Shown: positions 12,783 to 25,519 of the stretch, piece by piece | Layout: each line of letters begins with the position of its first letter | Numbering within the stretch: position 1 is the first letter of the stretch | Assembly (NCBI RefSeq): GCF_016433145.1 | Contig: NC_058130.1 | Coordinates: forward strand, 149,527,596 to 149,591,595 | Reading direction: 5' to 3' | DNA: 64,000 nucleotides | DNA from: Gracilinanus agilis | Lineage: Eukaryota | Translations under genes and position numbers: made by a program | Notes under the pieces: model-generated | Told to the model about the DNA's origin: nothing | The model's input: only the letters and a program-made list of their open reading frames with translations | Database searches by the model: none

Positions 12783-13724
12783 TCATATTTTTCTCAAGAA
12801 GAGATTTCTAAAAAGAACTTTCTTCATAGCCCCTTTCACCTCTTTATTTCTTAAGCTGTAGATGATGGGATTCAGCATTGGGGTCACTACTCCATAGGAT
12901 AGTGCAATGATCTCATCTGAAGTCTTTGTGTCCTTGGACTTGGGCTTCATGTACATGAAAAGAGCTGACCCATAGAACAAGATCACCACAGTTAGGTGGG
13001 CTGAGCAGGTGGAAAAGGCTTTTTTCCTCCCCTCACTAGAGCTGATCCTCAGAATAGCGGAGAGGATGAAAACATAAGAGAAGAAAATGAACAGTAGAGG
13101 ACTTATTAAGAAAATGATACTTGCAATTGTCATGATAAATACATTGAGGGAGATGTCTACACAGATAAGCTTGAGAAGGGCCAGGATCTCACAAGTAAGA
13201 TGATCAATAATATTCCCACAGAAAGGCATCATAATAGCAAGCATAGTCTGTGCCAGGGAATTCAGAGACCCTACAATCCAAGTCCAAGCAGCCATTTGTA
13301 CACAGAGTAGCTTATTCATGATGATGGTGTATCTTAGGGGATTGCAGATGGCAATGTACCTGTCATAGGCCATCACTGCCAGCAGCAGACACTCTGTGGA
13401 CCCTAATCCAAGGGACATAAACATCTGAAGCACACACCTAGTGAAAGAAATTGATTTTCTCTCAGACATAAAATTAGCCAGAATTTGGGGAACAGAGACC
13501 GATGTATAACAGATATCTAGGAAGGAGAGATTCCCAAGGAAAAAATACATAGGAGTGTGAAGGCGGAGATCCAAGATACTGATGATAATGAGGATGCTGT
13601 TTCCCAAAAGGATCACCAGGTACATCACTAGGCAGATCATATAAAGAAACATCTGGAGGCTTGGGTACTGAGAAAGTCCAATCAGAAAAAACTCAGTCAC
13701 AGCTGTGTAATTCCCCTTGTCCAT
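12783..13724 (-). CDS. OR13D1-like: olfactory receptor, class II family 13 (OR13D-like), intact, 313 aa
   Basis: Intronless ORF with NYT glycosylation site, [38 protein letters not shown] and [12 protein letters not shown]; [26 protein letters not shown] and SDEII are characteristic of OR13D. Confidence 0.97.
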   Translation of the reverse strand: MDKGNYTAVTEFFLIGLSQYPSLQMFLYMICLVMYLVILLGNSILIIISILDLRLHTPMYFFLGNLSFLDICYTSVSVPQILANFMSERKSISFTRCVLQMFMSLGLGSTECLLLAVMAYDRYIAICNPLRYTIIMNKLLCVQMAAWTWIVGSLNSLAQTMLAIMMPFCGNIIDHLTCEILALLKLICVDISLNVFIMTIASIIFLISPLLFIFFSYVFILSAILRISSSEGRKKAFSTCSAHLTVVILFYGSALFMYMKPKSKDTKTSDEIIALSYGVVTPMLNPIIYSLRNKEVKGAMKKVLFRNLFLRKI

Positions 13725-13760
13725 GTTATTGCATCTTGGTCATCTATGGGAATGATGGAA
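13725..13760 (-). promoter_or_regulatory. splice acceptor (AG at 13745-13744) and 19-nt 5' leader of the coding exon
   Basis: Minus strand reads ccttccatcattcccatAG|atgaccaagatgcaataacATG; the same 19-nt spacing occurs in all five paralogs that have a 5' end. Confidence 0.7.
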
Positions 13761-14029
13761 GGACACTGGTCATAGTAATAGTAATAGTAACTTACATTTA
13801 AATTGTATATATTTAGCAATATTTCTTTTTATATTGGTTAATAATTTACTTGGTTTCTTTTAAGAGCTGTAAATGTTCAACTATATAGACATAAATGGGA
13901 ATTAAAAAAGAGAAGGAAAATGTGCATTTAAACAAAAATGCTTATTTCATTAATAATTATACACATTCTTGTGATATTAACACTACCCAATAATATGTAT
14001 TGTCACTCAGAAATGCCTGAAGGAATATG

Positions 14030-14165
14030 GAAATGTCTTGATTGATGACACATGTTAAAACCAGTGGAAATGCATGTCGGTTATGGGGGGGGTGAAGGGG
14101 AAAGTAAAAACATGAATCATGTAACCATGGAAAATTTTTCTAAAAAATAAAATATTAAAAAAAGA
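14030..14165 (+). mobile_element. 5'-truncated LINE-1 3' tip
   Basis: acatgttaaaaccagtggaaatg...catgaatcatgtaaccatggaaaa plus A tail; possible decayed TSD agaaatRcct on both sides. Confidence 0.75.
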
Positions 14166-14344
14166 AATACCTATAGGAGCTTTGTTTCTTTGATCTTTTG
14201 GCTTTGTTATTGTTTGCAGAACATCAGTTTATTGTTATTATTATTGCTACTTTTTTACCACCCTATTTTTTCTTCTTTTGACTAAAGTATTTTTACTCTT
14301 TGTCAATTCATGCATTTTGTAGTTTTTCAAATCTTTTTTCCATA

Positions 14345-14520
14345 TATCAAATCATTGTCACAATATCTCATGGAATGGGATGAACAAGTGCTCCAATGTC
14401 CATTTTGCAGGTGAAGATATTGAGGAAGAGAAAAGCTAAGTGATTGTTAAGGGCCAGTGACCTGGTTAATAGTAGTCAGAATTCTGACTTCCTGACTTCT
14501 GGGACAGTATTCTTTTTACT
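14345..14520 (-). mobile_element. MIR
   Basis: ccattttgcaggtgaagatattgagg...aagtgatt; a homologous copy sits upstream of the second OR at ~28150-28310. Confidence 0.6.
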
Positions 14521-14589
14521 TTTTCATGTTGACAATAATCTTCAAAGTCCACGTGTTAGGTGGAATCTAACAGTTTGATTGGAGTCAGC

Positions 14590-14825
14590 TAGATAGTGAA
14601 CTGTGTGAGAGGTCTGGGTTTGAAGTAAAGAAAACCTGAGTTCACAATCCTGCCTCATAGTCTAACTAGTAGTTTGTCACTTTGCAAAAGTCACCTAAAC
14701 TTTGTTGGACTCAGTTTTCTCATATGTAAAATTGAGATACGAATGGTGCCTAATTTGCAAGGATGTTGTGAAGATCAAATGAGAACCTTATTTATAGTGC
14801 TATGAAAATGTTAAAGCACTGTATT
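14590..14825 (+). mobile_element. MIR/MAR1 CORE-SINE
   Basis: acctgagttcacaatcctgcctc...cagttttctcatatgtaaaattgag...ttgtgaagatcaaatgaga. Confidence 0.7.
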
Positions 14826-15312
14826 AGCAGTTCTTAAAGTGTGATAGAAAGACCCCTGTGCATCCCTGAGATCCTATTAAATAGCATATGAAATAAGAAC
14901 TTTTCATAATAATACTAATACAATATCTGCCTGTTAAAATACTCTTCTCTTTTCTAATCATATATTTGTGTGAGGCCAAATGTTCACCAGGTACTTCAAC
15001 TATAACAACATATCTTAACAGATTGAATGCAGAAACAGGTGAGAAAAATCTATCTTCTATGAATTCAGCCCATTAAAGGATTTGCAAAAATAAGTATAAC
15101 CATTCCATTATTCTCACTTTCTATTTTTGCAACAGCTATTTTTCATAAAATAAAAGTTTAAAATGAACAAATGTTTAACAAATTTATCAATTTTCATTTC
15201 TAATATTGTAGACATAAAGGGATATGATCTACATAAGCAAAAACTCCTTGATTTCCTCAATAATTTTTTAGAGTTTAAAAGGTTCCTAAGACCAAAATAT
15301 GTGAGAACTCTG
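14826..15312 (+). mobile_element. hAT-Charlie non-autonomous element
   Basis: Left end cagttcttaaagtg, right end tgtgagaactctg; internal agattgaatgcagaa...tcttctat...aaaggatttgcaaaa is typical of the Charlie transposase 3' end. Confidence 0.65.
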
Positions 15313-15679
15313 AGCTTTATAAATGCCAACTCTTACTATTATTAGCCAAGACATTTTTTGGCAAAACCAGCATCTGACATCTCTTACAATAGCAACTGTG
15401 AATCATCAGATTGAAGGAGAAATCACAGCTAGTTTTGTACCCAGTGGCACAGAAGTGTGGCTTAGGCAAGCAGGAGGTTATTCATGTTTCTTGCCCAAGC
15501 GTGCCAAATTCAACACGACCTTTCCTTTAATTGAATTCTGCATAACTTCCTATGACCGTTTCCTTGGAAATACATTTAATCTAAGACATTAGTAGTGAAT
15601 GTATGAGAAGTAGCTCTTAATGGTATGGTCATTTTAGAAGATTATCTCCATTAAAATTTTGAAGTATCTGTTGTCATCT

Positions 15680-15840
15680 TAGGAGATAGATGCTATTATC
15701 TTTATTTTACAGTTGAGGAAACTGAGGAAATTAGAAGTTAAGTGACTTGCCTATGTTCACAAAGCTAGTAACTCTCTGAGGTTAAAACCGAATTCAAATC
15801 TTCCTGAGTCCTGGCCCAGAACTCAATCCATTGCACCAAT
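15680..15840 (-). mobile_element. MIR/MAR1
   Basis: ttttacagttgaggaaactgagg...aagtgacttgcc. Confidence 0.65.
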
Positions 15841-16369
15841 AAAAATGTTCTTTTGAGGACCTCTTGGGTGTCATGTTTCTCAGTTCACATTGGTCCTTGG
15901 GCCATCTCCTCTCTCTGGGCTTTAAGACAAACTGTAACATAAGATAAATTAGACATTTTATGAGAGAGTGGAGACATATCCTAGGTAAATATGACTAATT
16001 CCAAGAGTCACAAAGGGGTTCAATATCTCTCACAATTCCTTGAATGTTTAGCAGCAAATGCTCCCTAAATTGATAGTATCTTTGTAAACATTACTTCCAT
16101 GCCACTAAAAGGTAATATTCCTCCCTGTCTTTTTTTTAAGGAGGTCCACAGAGTCAGTAGTAATTTAACTTTCCTGTCTTGTGTCAAATTTCCTTTCCTT
16201 GAGCACATCTTCACTGTAAGGCTGTGGTTCTTAAAGAACAATTTGGGGATTTCTGCATCCCCAAGACCACTGTGTATGTCTATGTGATAAAAATTATTTC
16301 CATAAAAATACCAAAGTATTATTTACCAATGATATTATCTTATTGATACTCTTCCCCTTTCTAATTAAA

Positions 16370-16737
16370 TATCTGTATAATGCTGAATTTTTTAACATCA
16401 ATAATAACATATTACAACAGATTGAATGTAGAAGATATGAGAATCCAGCTATCTTCTATTAAGCTGGAGATTGAAGAGACTTGAAAAAACATGCAAAATA
16501 ATGATACTTTTCTTCCTGTTTTTAAAATAACAACACTTTCCACAAATATATGTTATGTGTGTTAATATATAATGGAATAACTGGTGTTAAATCTATATAC
16601 ATTTAAAATTCAATTTTAATTTATAATATAGTAAATGTGGATAGATCCAACCTAAATAAATAATAGCTCTTTGGGGTCCTTAATAATTTTTGGGAAGATA
16701 AAGAAATCCTGACCAACAAACTAGAGAATTGCTGCCC
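16370..16737 (+). mobile_element. hAT-Charlie 3' fragment
   Basis: agattgaatgtagaagatatgagaatccagctatcttctattaagc and agctctttggggtccttaataattttt...gagaattgctg end. Confidence 0.65.
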
Positions 16738-16884
16738 TGATACTTTACTTATGTTGCTATCTGTACCTGGAGGACTGCAGTCTATCTTTCATGGGGTTGA
16801 AGAAGAAATAGGAAATAATAAAGTAGAAATAAGCTATGCAGACTAAACTTACTGCAAGTTTGACAAGGAAGAAGTAGGATGATA

Positions 16885-17138
16885 AATGACTGTTGAATTG
16901 TTCAGTTCTGTCAGAATCTTTCATGAGCCCATTTGGAGTTTTCTTGGCAGAGATACTGGAATGGTTTACCATTTACTTCTCCAGCTCATTTAACAGATGA
17001 GAAAACTCTGTTAAACACACTTCAGTGACTTGCCATGGGCACACAGCTAGTACATCCGAATCTCAATTTGAATTTAGGACAATGAGTCTTCCTGACTCCA
17101 GGCCCAACATTATATTCACGGAACCACCTAGCTGGCCA
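16885..17138 (-). mobile_element. MAR1-type marsupial SINE
   Basis: catttggagttttcttggcagagatactggaatggttt...ccacctagctgg. Confidence 0.75.
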
Positions 17139-18239
17139 TTATTTCTTGAGCAGGGAGTATAAAAATACTTTAGAATGGGGAAACTTGAACATATTTGATG
17201 GTAATGGGAAAGAAATCAGTAGAGACAAAGATTAAAAATTTGTGAGAGTGGGGCCATATCCTAGGTTACGTGGACTAACTCCAAGAGTAAGAGAGTAATT
17301 CTGTATCTCCCATAGTTCCCCCAATATTTAGTAGCAAATGCTCCCTAAATTGATACTTTTTTGTAAGCATTGCAGTACTTCTAATGACCTCTAATAGGTA
17401 AATATAATATGTAAAAATAATAATGGGTATTAATGATAGGTAAAAATAAAGACTAATGTACACATCATATATTTTAGCTCTGATTTTTAAAGGATAGAAG
17501 GCACAATTAATTAGATTTAGGATGAGTAATATATGTAGAAAATAAGAATGCGGTTAAGGCTCCTTCAGGTACTTAAAGATAAAGCACATATTCTTTTTGT
17601 CTGTGAAATTCCTGGCCCTCCATATCAATATAGTACCTATATGAGAGTTTTAGGATGAGTCTTTGGAAGAAGTACGATTGAGGTTGGGTTATTCGTTTTA
17701 TTAGATGGAAAAATGTTTTAGTTTTTCCTTATTTCTTTTTTAAAATTTTATTTAATTGATTAATTAAGAAACATTTTCCATGGTTTTTCATTACTTCTTA
17801 AGAGCCTACTTTTAAACTTTCATTGAAGGTTGGAAAGCCAGTTGTTCAGAGTGCCTTTGCTTAAAATGGTAGATTTTTTTTTCTGAGCTCATGACTGACG
17901 TTTCTGAGAAACTTACACTTGGTACACATTAAAGACCCTCAATATCGTCAAAATTAGCATGAGCATAATACACAGGTAGTGTCGTTGGAAGGTAGTTATT
18001 TTCTTATGATAGATGTCTGCTCTCATTAGATGCTAGTAGTTATCAGAACAACCTTGAAATAAGCTGCAGTTTTTAAGAGTGAAGGGTGAGGTTTGGCAAG
18101 CCTTTTTGAGAAAGTTACAAATAAATAAATAAATACACTGAACACTGAGCAGGCAAGTTATCAAGCTATAAGCAAATATAATTTAAAGAAAGTCCTTGAC
18201 TTACATAATGCCTATGATCTAATATTTATATAGTACCTA

Positions 18240-18470
18240 CGTGTCAGACCCTGCATTCTGTATTTTACAAAGTTTATTTCAATTGATCATCGTTACAATC
18301 ATAGGAGACAAGTGCTATTATTACTTCCATTTTAAAAATGAGGAGACAGAGGCAAACAGTGATTCAGTAACTTGCCCAGGGTCACAAAACTAGTGTCCAA
18401 GCCTAGATTTGAACTCATGTCTTCTTGACGCCAGGACCAAGGCTCTACTAGACTGTGCCACTCAGTTACT
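18240..18470 (-). mobile_element. MIR
   Basis: ccattttaaaaatgaggagacagaggc...aacttgcccagggtcac...tttgaactc. Confidence 0.65.
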
Positions 18471-19499
18471 CCTTATGATATAGAATTAAAAAAATCATTA
18501 CAATAAAAGGTAGTAATGTAGAATTTTTCCCCACTGAGGACAGAAGTCTCTCTAAATGCTAGGTATACTTGTAGTTTCAAGCATACAAGTAATAATAATA
18601 ACAACAATGATGATGATGACAGTCATTTTGTCAATGCATCATTTAGCCTAATTTCTGGAGGTAGAAAGTTAAAGTAAGATATTTTGCCTATTTTGCCCTG
18701 TTTGGGGCACTGGCTAAATAAAAAAGGCAGAAGACAAAATGATCAATAGTAGTTAGAAGCAAGAAAATAATTTATACAATGACCAGAAGAATGAACAGGA
18801 AAATAATATAGAAAAGCGTTAGAACTCTCATCAATATTGTAATTCAATAGACTGAAATCTCAGCAGAGAGGTGATTCTATGGCAGAGGAATGAGAGAGGT
18901 AAACATCTTGAACAAGGTCAATGTCCTGGTGTGTTTTGTTTGACTACCTATTTGTTATAAGGGAAAATTCTAAGGGATAGGACAATCAAATGAAAATGAA
19001 AGTGATATATGAAAAAAGAAAAAAGCATAAATGAAATATTTTTTTAAAATATGCTCTGGGGTATGAGATGGAAAATGTATCCTTTTCTTACATATTTTCA
19101 GGGAATAGGAAATATTTTCCTCGATACAGGTCAGCTCAAATAAAGACAAATGAGAGAAATGATATTAAACTCATATTTTTATGTGGCAATCAATTATTTA
19201 TGAAATACTTTTCATTATTCTCTCATTTTATTCTTACAATAACCCTGCAGGGTTTGACCAGGCATGAATTTAATAAAAATTGAACTGATACTGTAATCAT
19301 TCCTGAGCAAGATACCTATAGTAAAGACAATTGGCAGAAATCCATTCTTCCCACTTCAGCAAAATCTCTGCAAGTTTTCTGCTCAATTTGCATTTTTCAT
19401 TAAAACTACTTGAGATTCCATATTAGTGTTTCTACCTGTCTTACTTTTTTTCCAACATTCCCTGCCCCAAGTTATATTACTAATTCCCATTTTCATTTT

Positions 19500-20165
19500 C
19501 ATCTCTGAAAATCACCTTTCCAAAGGTTCTGCCAACCATTCTCATTTACCTCTCAGAGTGAGTTCCAGGCCTTCTCCTCTGTTTCTTAGTCACTTAGTTG
19601 ATGTTTCTTCTGGAATACTGAGCAAAGAAACTATTTTTAAAATTTTAATTTAAAAAATCCTTTAAAATTCCAAATATTCATGTTGACAATAGTAGCAAAC
19701 ATATAAATGCACTTCCTGATACTATATCCCTGTTGTTTGTGAGGCAGAAATTAATTTTACTGAAGGTAGTTTACAACTCCCCCTTTCTTTCTAGGATGTT
19801 TTTATGGGATCATATGGACAAAGGATAAAATTTTTACAATTTAGAAATACTGTGAAAAATTGTCAGAATCAAGAGGATGCCTCAACTTTTGCTACTCTCA
19901 TGACGATAGCTTGTATAGAGAGGGACACTACATTTCCAGGTCTACTACAAATGTGCTACAACCTGTGGTCCCTGGAAATTTCCAAAGGATCAACTATTAG
20001 GTATAGATGCCAATTTAACACTCTTCTCCCCACCACAACCCCGCCCCAGTGTTTTTAGAGACTCTTTTTAATTCCCTGAAGTAATTTAAAGTGGTATGAA
20101 ATAACTGCATGGAAGTTAGCAACTTTTTGATGCTTTAGGGATGAAGTCCCAACAATCTAATTACA
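19500..20165 (-). promoter_or_regulatory. putative promoter / non-coding exon 1 of the OR at 12783-13724 (module copy B)
   Basis: Donor AG|GTAAAT (ac at 19548-19549); O/E-like tccctggaaa 19969-19978 and ttccaaagga 19980-19989; core taattccctgaagtaatttaaag 20069-20091; homeodomain CTAATTA 20157-20163. Predicted intron ~5.8 kb. Confidence 0.65.
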
Positions 20166-20417
20166 ACAACATTAACAGGTAAAAGAAGTGGCAAATATAA
20201 ACAATGCAAAAGAGGAAGACTAAAGTTTTTTTCCTTGCCTGGTCAAACACTGAGGGAACAACATAGTTATCTTCATGATTCAGGCCAGACTTCCATTTTT
20301 CTCTAATATTTCTGGATGTTATCAGCTGTTGAAGAATCTGGATCAAACTTACTATCTTCATCTGTTTTGTGGTATTCTATTCTCCAATTTTATTTCTCTT
20401 CCGCCTACACTTGGACA

Positions 20418-21277
20418 TGTAAAGGTTAAGATTAATGATTGGACGATGATTATATGAAATTATGTGATTGCCAGTATTTATTATATCTTGAGTCAGAAAT
20501 TTATTTACAATTATTTACAAATAGAGAGGAAACAATAAAGAAGAGAAATGTGAGGAGGATAGAGAAGTTATCTATCCTATCAACCTCAATCTTTTTTTGA
20601 TCTGGGTCTGCTCATTCCAGGCAGAGATTAATTACCTCTCAACCAGGAAGGCTGGTAGCGAGTAACCACTCCGGCCTCCTCCAAGATGGAAGCTATTCTC
20701 TCCTGAAGCTAGGAAAAGGGGTCAGCCTTTTACTCACCCAACAAAGTAATACAAGAGTCAGAGTCCAAGTAGAAGTTGAGCTCCAAGCCCACAATCCAAA
20801 CCATAGTCTCCAGTGAAGCTCCCTTGAAGACTACCTAAGATTATCTCCAGAAGACAATCTCTTCAGACTATCTTCTCAAAGACAATCTGCCCTGAAAGAG
20901 TTAGGGGCTTCCTTCTTATGATGACTTCTTGTCCCTTTCCCTCTTCACAGGGGCCAATCACAGTTTCTGAATTGTCTGTCATTGCCCAGAGGGCAGTGTC
21001 TGTAGGATTAACTTCTCACCTTCTGAAAGTTAAGTTCTCATCAAAAAGATTTACAGATTCCTGATTTGATTGAATTTCTAAGGTTGTGAATTTTCTAAGT
21101 ACCTTCCTAAGGTCTAAGTACCTAGTACTTAGTAAGGTGTTTAATCTTCTGTTGATTCAATTCAAAAGTAGATAAGGGGTGACTGATCCTGTCTTCAGTC
21201 TAGTTAGGTACTAAGTAGGGGTACTTAAGTTAAAATTAACTCAGGATAGACAATAGAGTAAAGAATTTTCTTTCACA
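20418..21277 (-). mobile_element. ERV solo LTR (860 bp)
   Basis: Inverted termini TGTAAAG...CTTTCACA; minus-strand AATAAA near the left end; flanks gaca/taca may be a decayed 4-bp TSD. Confidence 0.8.
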
Positions 21278-21389
21278 TACATGTGCATCAATATCTGCTG
21301 TATTATATAAATCTCACTTTGTCCACTCAAGAATAGTTATCTATGCTTATGGGACAGATGGGGCTATAGTTTGTCTTTTTTTGCATGTG

Positions 21390-22560
21390 TCAATTGGTCA
21401 GTTAGCATTTTTAAGCACCTACTATGTGCCAGGCAGTATGCTAAATACTAGGGATTAAAAAGAAGGCCAAAAGTAGTTGTTGCTATTAAGGCATTAGTTT
21501 TTATGGAGAGGGCAACATGCAAATAACTATGTACAAACATACAAGCAGAATAAATTGAGTGTAGTTTTGCCAGGAAGTACCAAGATTAAGAAAGAATGGG
21601 AAAGGCTTTCAGTTAGAGATGAGATTTTAGCTGAGACTTGAAGCCAGGGAAGCTAGGAGGTAGAAAGGAGGAAGGAGAGAGTTCCAGGCATAGAATGATC
21701 ATCAAAGAAATGACTTGAATACAGGAGATAAGATAATCATGTTGTGCATGAGGAAAAGCAAGGAAATCTGTATCTAGATCTCAAAGTATAAGAATAATGG
21801 AAAGTTCCAGGCTATAAAGGGCTTTCAAAGCCAAAAGGATTATAGATAGCTAGGTCTGAAAGAGTCTGAGAGTCTGATGAGTGAATCCCCTTAAAGTGGT
21901 GGCATTATTTGAATTTGCATTGCAAATTTCCTTGGGGCTGGAACCAATTATTATATTTTACATAATTATAACTCCAAACTGCAAGTATGAACACATACAG
22001 ATACTTTAGTGAGTTCATTATTCACACTAATTGAGGCCTATTTGTTGGGAATCACTAGAGTTTATAAGAAGAGGAGGCTGATATGGTTAGACCTTTGTTT
22101 TTGATGGATAAACTTCACAGATGCATGGAGGCTGGACTGAAATGAGGAGAAACTAGTTAAGGAGATCAACCAAATGACTATTAACAATAGTCCAAGAATA
22201 AGGTGATGAGTGCCTGTAGTAGGATGGTTATGGTGTCAAAGGGGAGAAGTGGACACATATGAGACATTGTACAAGTGATAAGATTCGACCTTTGTTTTGC
22301 TGTTGGGACAGTGGTGAGGGTTTGAGAGAATGAGAAGTAGAGAATGGCACCGAGAGGATGTGACCTGAGATGATTACTGCAAGGATGGTGGTAACTTTAA
22401 CAGTAATAGGCTGTGACCTGAGGGAAGAGCCAACAAACTCCATAGAGAAGGAAGGATCAGAAGGATCATGAAAACTCTGAGAGAAGAGAGTATGGATAAA
22501 ATAGAGATTAGGGCTGAAAGATAATATGGAAAGATGAATTCAGAAGTGAAGTATAACTAG
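21390..22560 (-). mobile_element. LINE-2 3' region, fragmented
   Basis: ttaagcacctactatgtgccaggc L2 tail followed by purine-rich antisense L2 sequence. Confidence 0.7.
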
Positions 22561-22599
22561 ACTCGTTGAATGAGCCAAAGCTTAATTTTTGATTCTATT

Positions 22600-22910
22600 A
22601 TAATCTCCATTTTTATTAATGTCTTGAATGCTCATAAAATTTGTGGATCGTGCAAAGTTGGGAGGAAGAGACAGTGTGCTGAACAACAGAACTGAGATCT
22701 TCAAAGATTTTGATAGGCATCGAGTGCTGGGCTTGGAGTCAGGAACAAGTGAGTTTAAATCCTGACTCAGATATTTACTAATTGTGTGACCTCAAGAGTA
22801 AGTCACTCAACCTTTGACTGCCTCAGTTTCCTTATTTGTAAAATGGGATAATAGTATCATGTTCATGGCCTCCAGGGTTATTGAGGATCAAATGAGATTT
22901 TGCACACACA
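22600..22910 (+). mobile_element. CR1/L3 fragment followed by MIR
   Basis: gctcataaaatttgtggatcgtgcaaagttgggagg (CR1 RT region), then gggcttggagtcaggaacaagtgagtttaaatcctgactc (MIR). Confidence 0.55.
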
Positions 22911-23089
22911 CAAATCTGTACATATAAGTGTATATGTATAGAGTATCAAATGATATTTTATACATACATAAATCTGTATATATATGCATATACATGTAGA
23001 TTATCAAATAAAAGTTTATACATGTACATGAACATATATGTATGTCTATGTTTTGCTTTGCAAATATCAAAATGCTATGGGAATGCTTT

Positions 23090-23280
23090 GTTGTTGTTGG
23101 TCAGTCATTTTAATAGTGTCTAACTCTTTGTGACCTCTTTTGAGGTTTTCTTGGCGAAGGTACTGGAGTGATTTACTATTTCCTTTTCCAGCTCATTTTA
23201 CAGATGAAGGCATGAAGCAAAAAGAATTAAGTGATTTTTCCAGGGTCACACAACTAGTTAAGCATGACCAATATTCTATC
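23090..23280 (-). mobile_element. MAR1-type SINE
   Basis: gaggttttcttggcgaaggtactggagtgattt...ttttacagatgaagg. Confidence 0.7.
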
Positions 23281-23429
23281 CACTGTGCCACGTGGCTGCT
23301 CATGGAAATGCTACCCATAATTATTATTACTGTAGTAGTATTATTTTTTAGAAATATGAGTCATTTCACTAATTCTCAAATCCATGACTTTATACTAAAA
23401 AGAAATTAAATTGTTTATTAATATTTTTA

Positions 23430-24960
23430 TTTTTATTAATTATTTTTATGTTCTAAATGTGATGAATTTATTTTACTTTGATGCAAAACCAAAGCTTTCA
23501 TTATAGCACAGAGACCAATTTGATAAAAGATCATGAAAAAGTTGTATAGGACATGCAGAACGTGATGTACAAACTGAAGGATTAGGTAATTTCCTTTATA
23601 ACATTGGCACCATCAAGTAAACTTTCTTAATAGTTATGTAAGTTTTAATCCATTATTTATGAAAACGAAGTTATTGTTATAAACCTGTCATTAGGATTTT
23701 TCCCTTCCCAAATTGATTCTCATTCCCTTTTCCTCTATCCTGGCCATATTTACTATGTCTTCATTTTTCTATCTTTTTCTTTTTTTGCATTACTTGATAA
23801 AGATATCTTTCCACATTTCTTTCTATTTCTCATACTTATCTTTCTTAATTTCTTAATTCTTACTGGCAGTTGATTTTTTTATTTTGACCTTTATTATTTT
23901 ATAGTTGTCATTATCAACATTCTATTTTATAATGCTCTACTATATGAATATACCACAAATGATGTGTCTATTATATTATTAGACATTTAGTTTTTTTCAA
24001 GTTTCCAATTATTTCTCTGAAAATCTTTAAATGTAAAACCCTTAAATTGATCTTCTAATACTTTGAAGATATATTTCCAACATTAGAATTATCAGGCCAA
24101 AAGGATTTGAATGTCTTTTCTTGATTGTTGTTAAATTTCTTTAAAAAATATTCTAAAAGTTTGAAATTCTCTGAGAAATGAATAAGTATACGTGGTTATC
24201 TACAACCATTTCTGCTTTTAAATTTCCTTGGTTTAAATATTTTTTTGCCATTTTTTATAGATGTGAGGTATGTCTAAGCTGTCTAAGTTTGCACCTATGC
24301 TTGTTAGATTGCATACTTTTCAAGTAAATATTAAAAATTTGTGTCTCATTTTGTAATATTCATCTATGTCCTTTCACTATATACTTTATCAAGGATAGAA
24401 TCATAATCACTAGTTAGTTTTTTTAGTATTTCTTTATATCTTTTGTATATCATGTTCATATCTGTCATAATTGCCACAAAGTTTCCCCAATCTTTTTCTA
24501 AATATATTCATGTGCTTAAGCATATCTACTTCATCGGTAATAATTTATTCCATTTGTTGAATAAAAATCTCTTCACAATTGAGAAAATACTTTATTCCAT
24601 TTTATGTTATTTTCCAAATGTCTATATTTATATTTCTCTCTCCTCTAACTGCGGTTCACTGGGGCATATTTGTGGGTATTGTACCTTTCCTCCCAGAATG
24701 TAAAGTAATCTTTCATGTCCTTTTGTTGTAGTAGAGTTGAAACCTCTATTTGTAGCCTGGGGTCATAATAACACTTTCCTTTAGCTGCTACTACTTCATT
24801 TTCCTTTTTTCATTCTTTTAAAAAATGTAAAAAATTATTTGTTTGTTACATTAAAATACCCAGTTAACTTCCTCCCTCCCCCATTAGAGAAGGTATAGTT
24901 TGATAAAAAGATACCTGTATGTATAAAACTATGTTTTACCTAATTTTCTTTAACAATTCT
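23430..24960 (-). mobile_element. old, diverged LINE-1 fragments
   Basis: T-rich antisense L1 3' region (ccatttgttgaataaaaatc, cccattagagaagg). Boundaries approximate. Confidence 0.45.
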
Positions 24961-24974
24961 TTCTCTGAAGGTTG

Positions 24975-25130
24975 AGTGATTTGCTATTTCCTTCTCCAGC
25001 TCATTTTACAGAGGAAGAAACTAAGGCAAATAAGGTTAAGTGACTTGTCCAGGATCATGCAGCTAGTAAGTGTCTGAGACTAGATTTGAATTCAGGAAGA
25101 AGTCTTCTCTCCCAAGTACCATCTAGCTGC
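24975..25130 (-). mobile_element. MAR1/MIR SINE
   Basis: tttccttctccagctcattttacagaggaagaaactaaggc...gtgtctgagactagatttgaattcagg. Confidence 0.7.
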
Positions 25131-25519
25131 ATTGGATTATCTGATACTTCTACATTAATTATTAAAATCATATCTCTCAATAATTAATCATTTAGTCCAA
25201 GGTTCCAAAAAAGTTTATTAATTTTGTTTAAAATTAAATAATCTGCAAAGACCCATTTTTTCATTGAATTTTGCTAGTTTCTATCTCAACTCCCTAATTT
25301 TCTGTGCTTAATATAAATATCAAGGTTATTGGATATACAAGTTATTAAGAATGTAGCAAACAATGAGAGCCGCGACTAATGATTTAAGTATTTCCTGAGG
25401 GAAAGATTACAAAAAAAGAGTAACATCTAACTGCCATTGTTACTACTGTCTTCTCAATTCTTGTCATGGTGGCACCATTCAGTGTTTTAGTATAGCTTCC
25501 AGGGTATATCAAGAATTCT

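Noticed and set aside
20121-20133. AACTTTTTGATGC, an 11/13 match to the H/P-element 13-mer AACTTTTTAATGA
   Set aside because: The TAAT core is broken, the other module copies do not keep it, and such a match is plausible by chance in AT-rich DNA.
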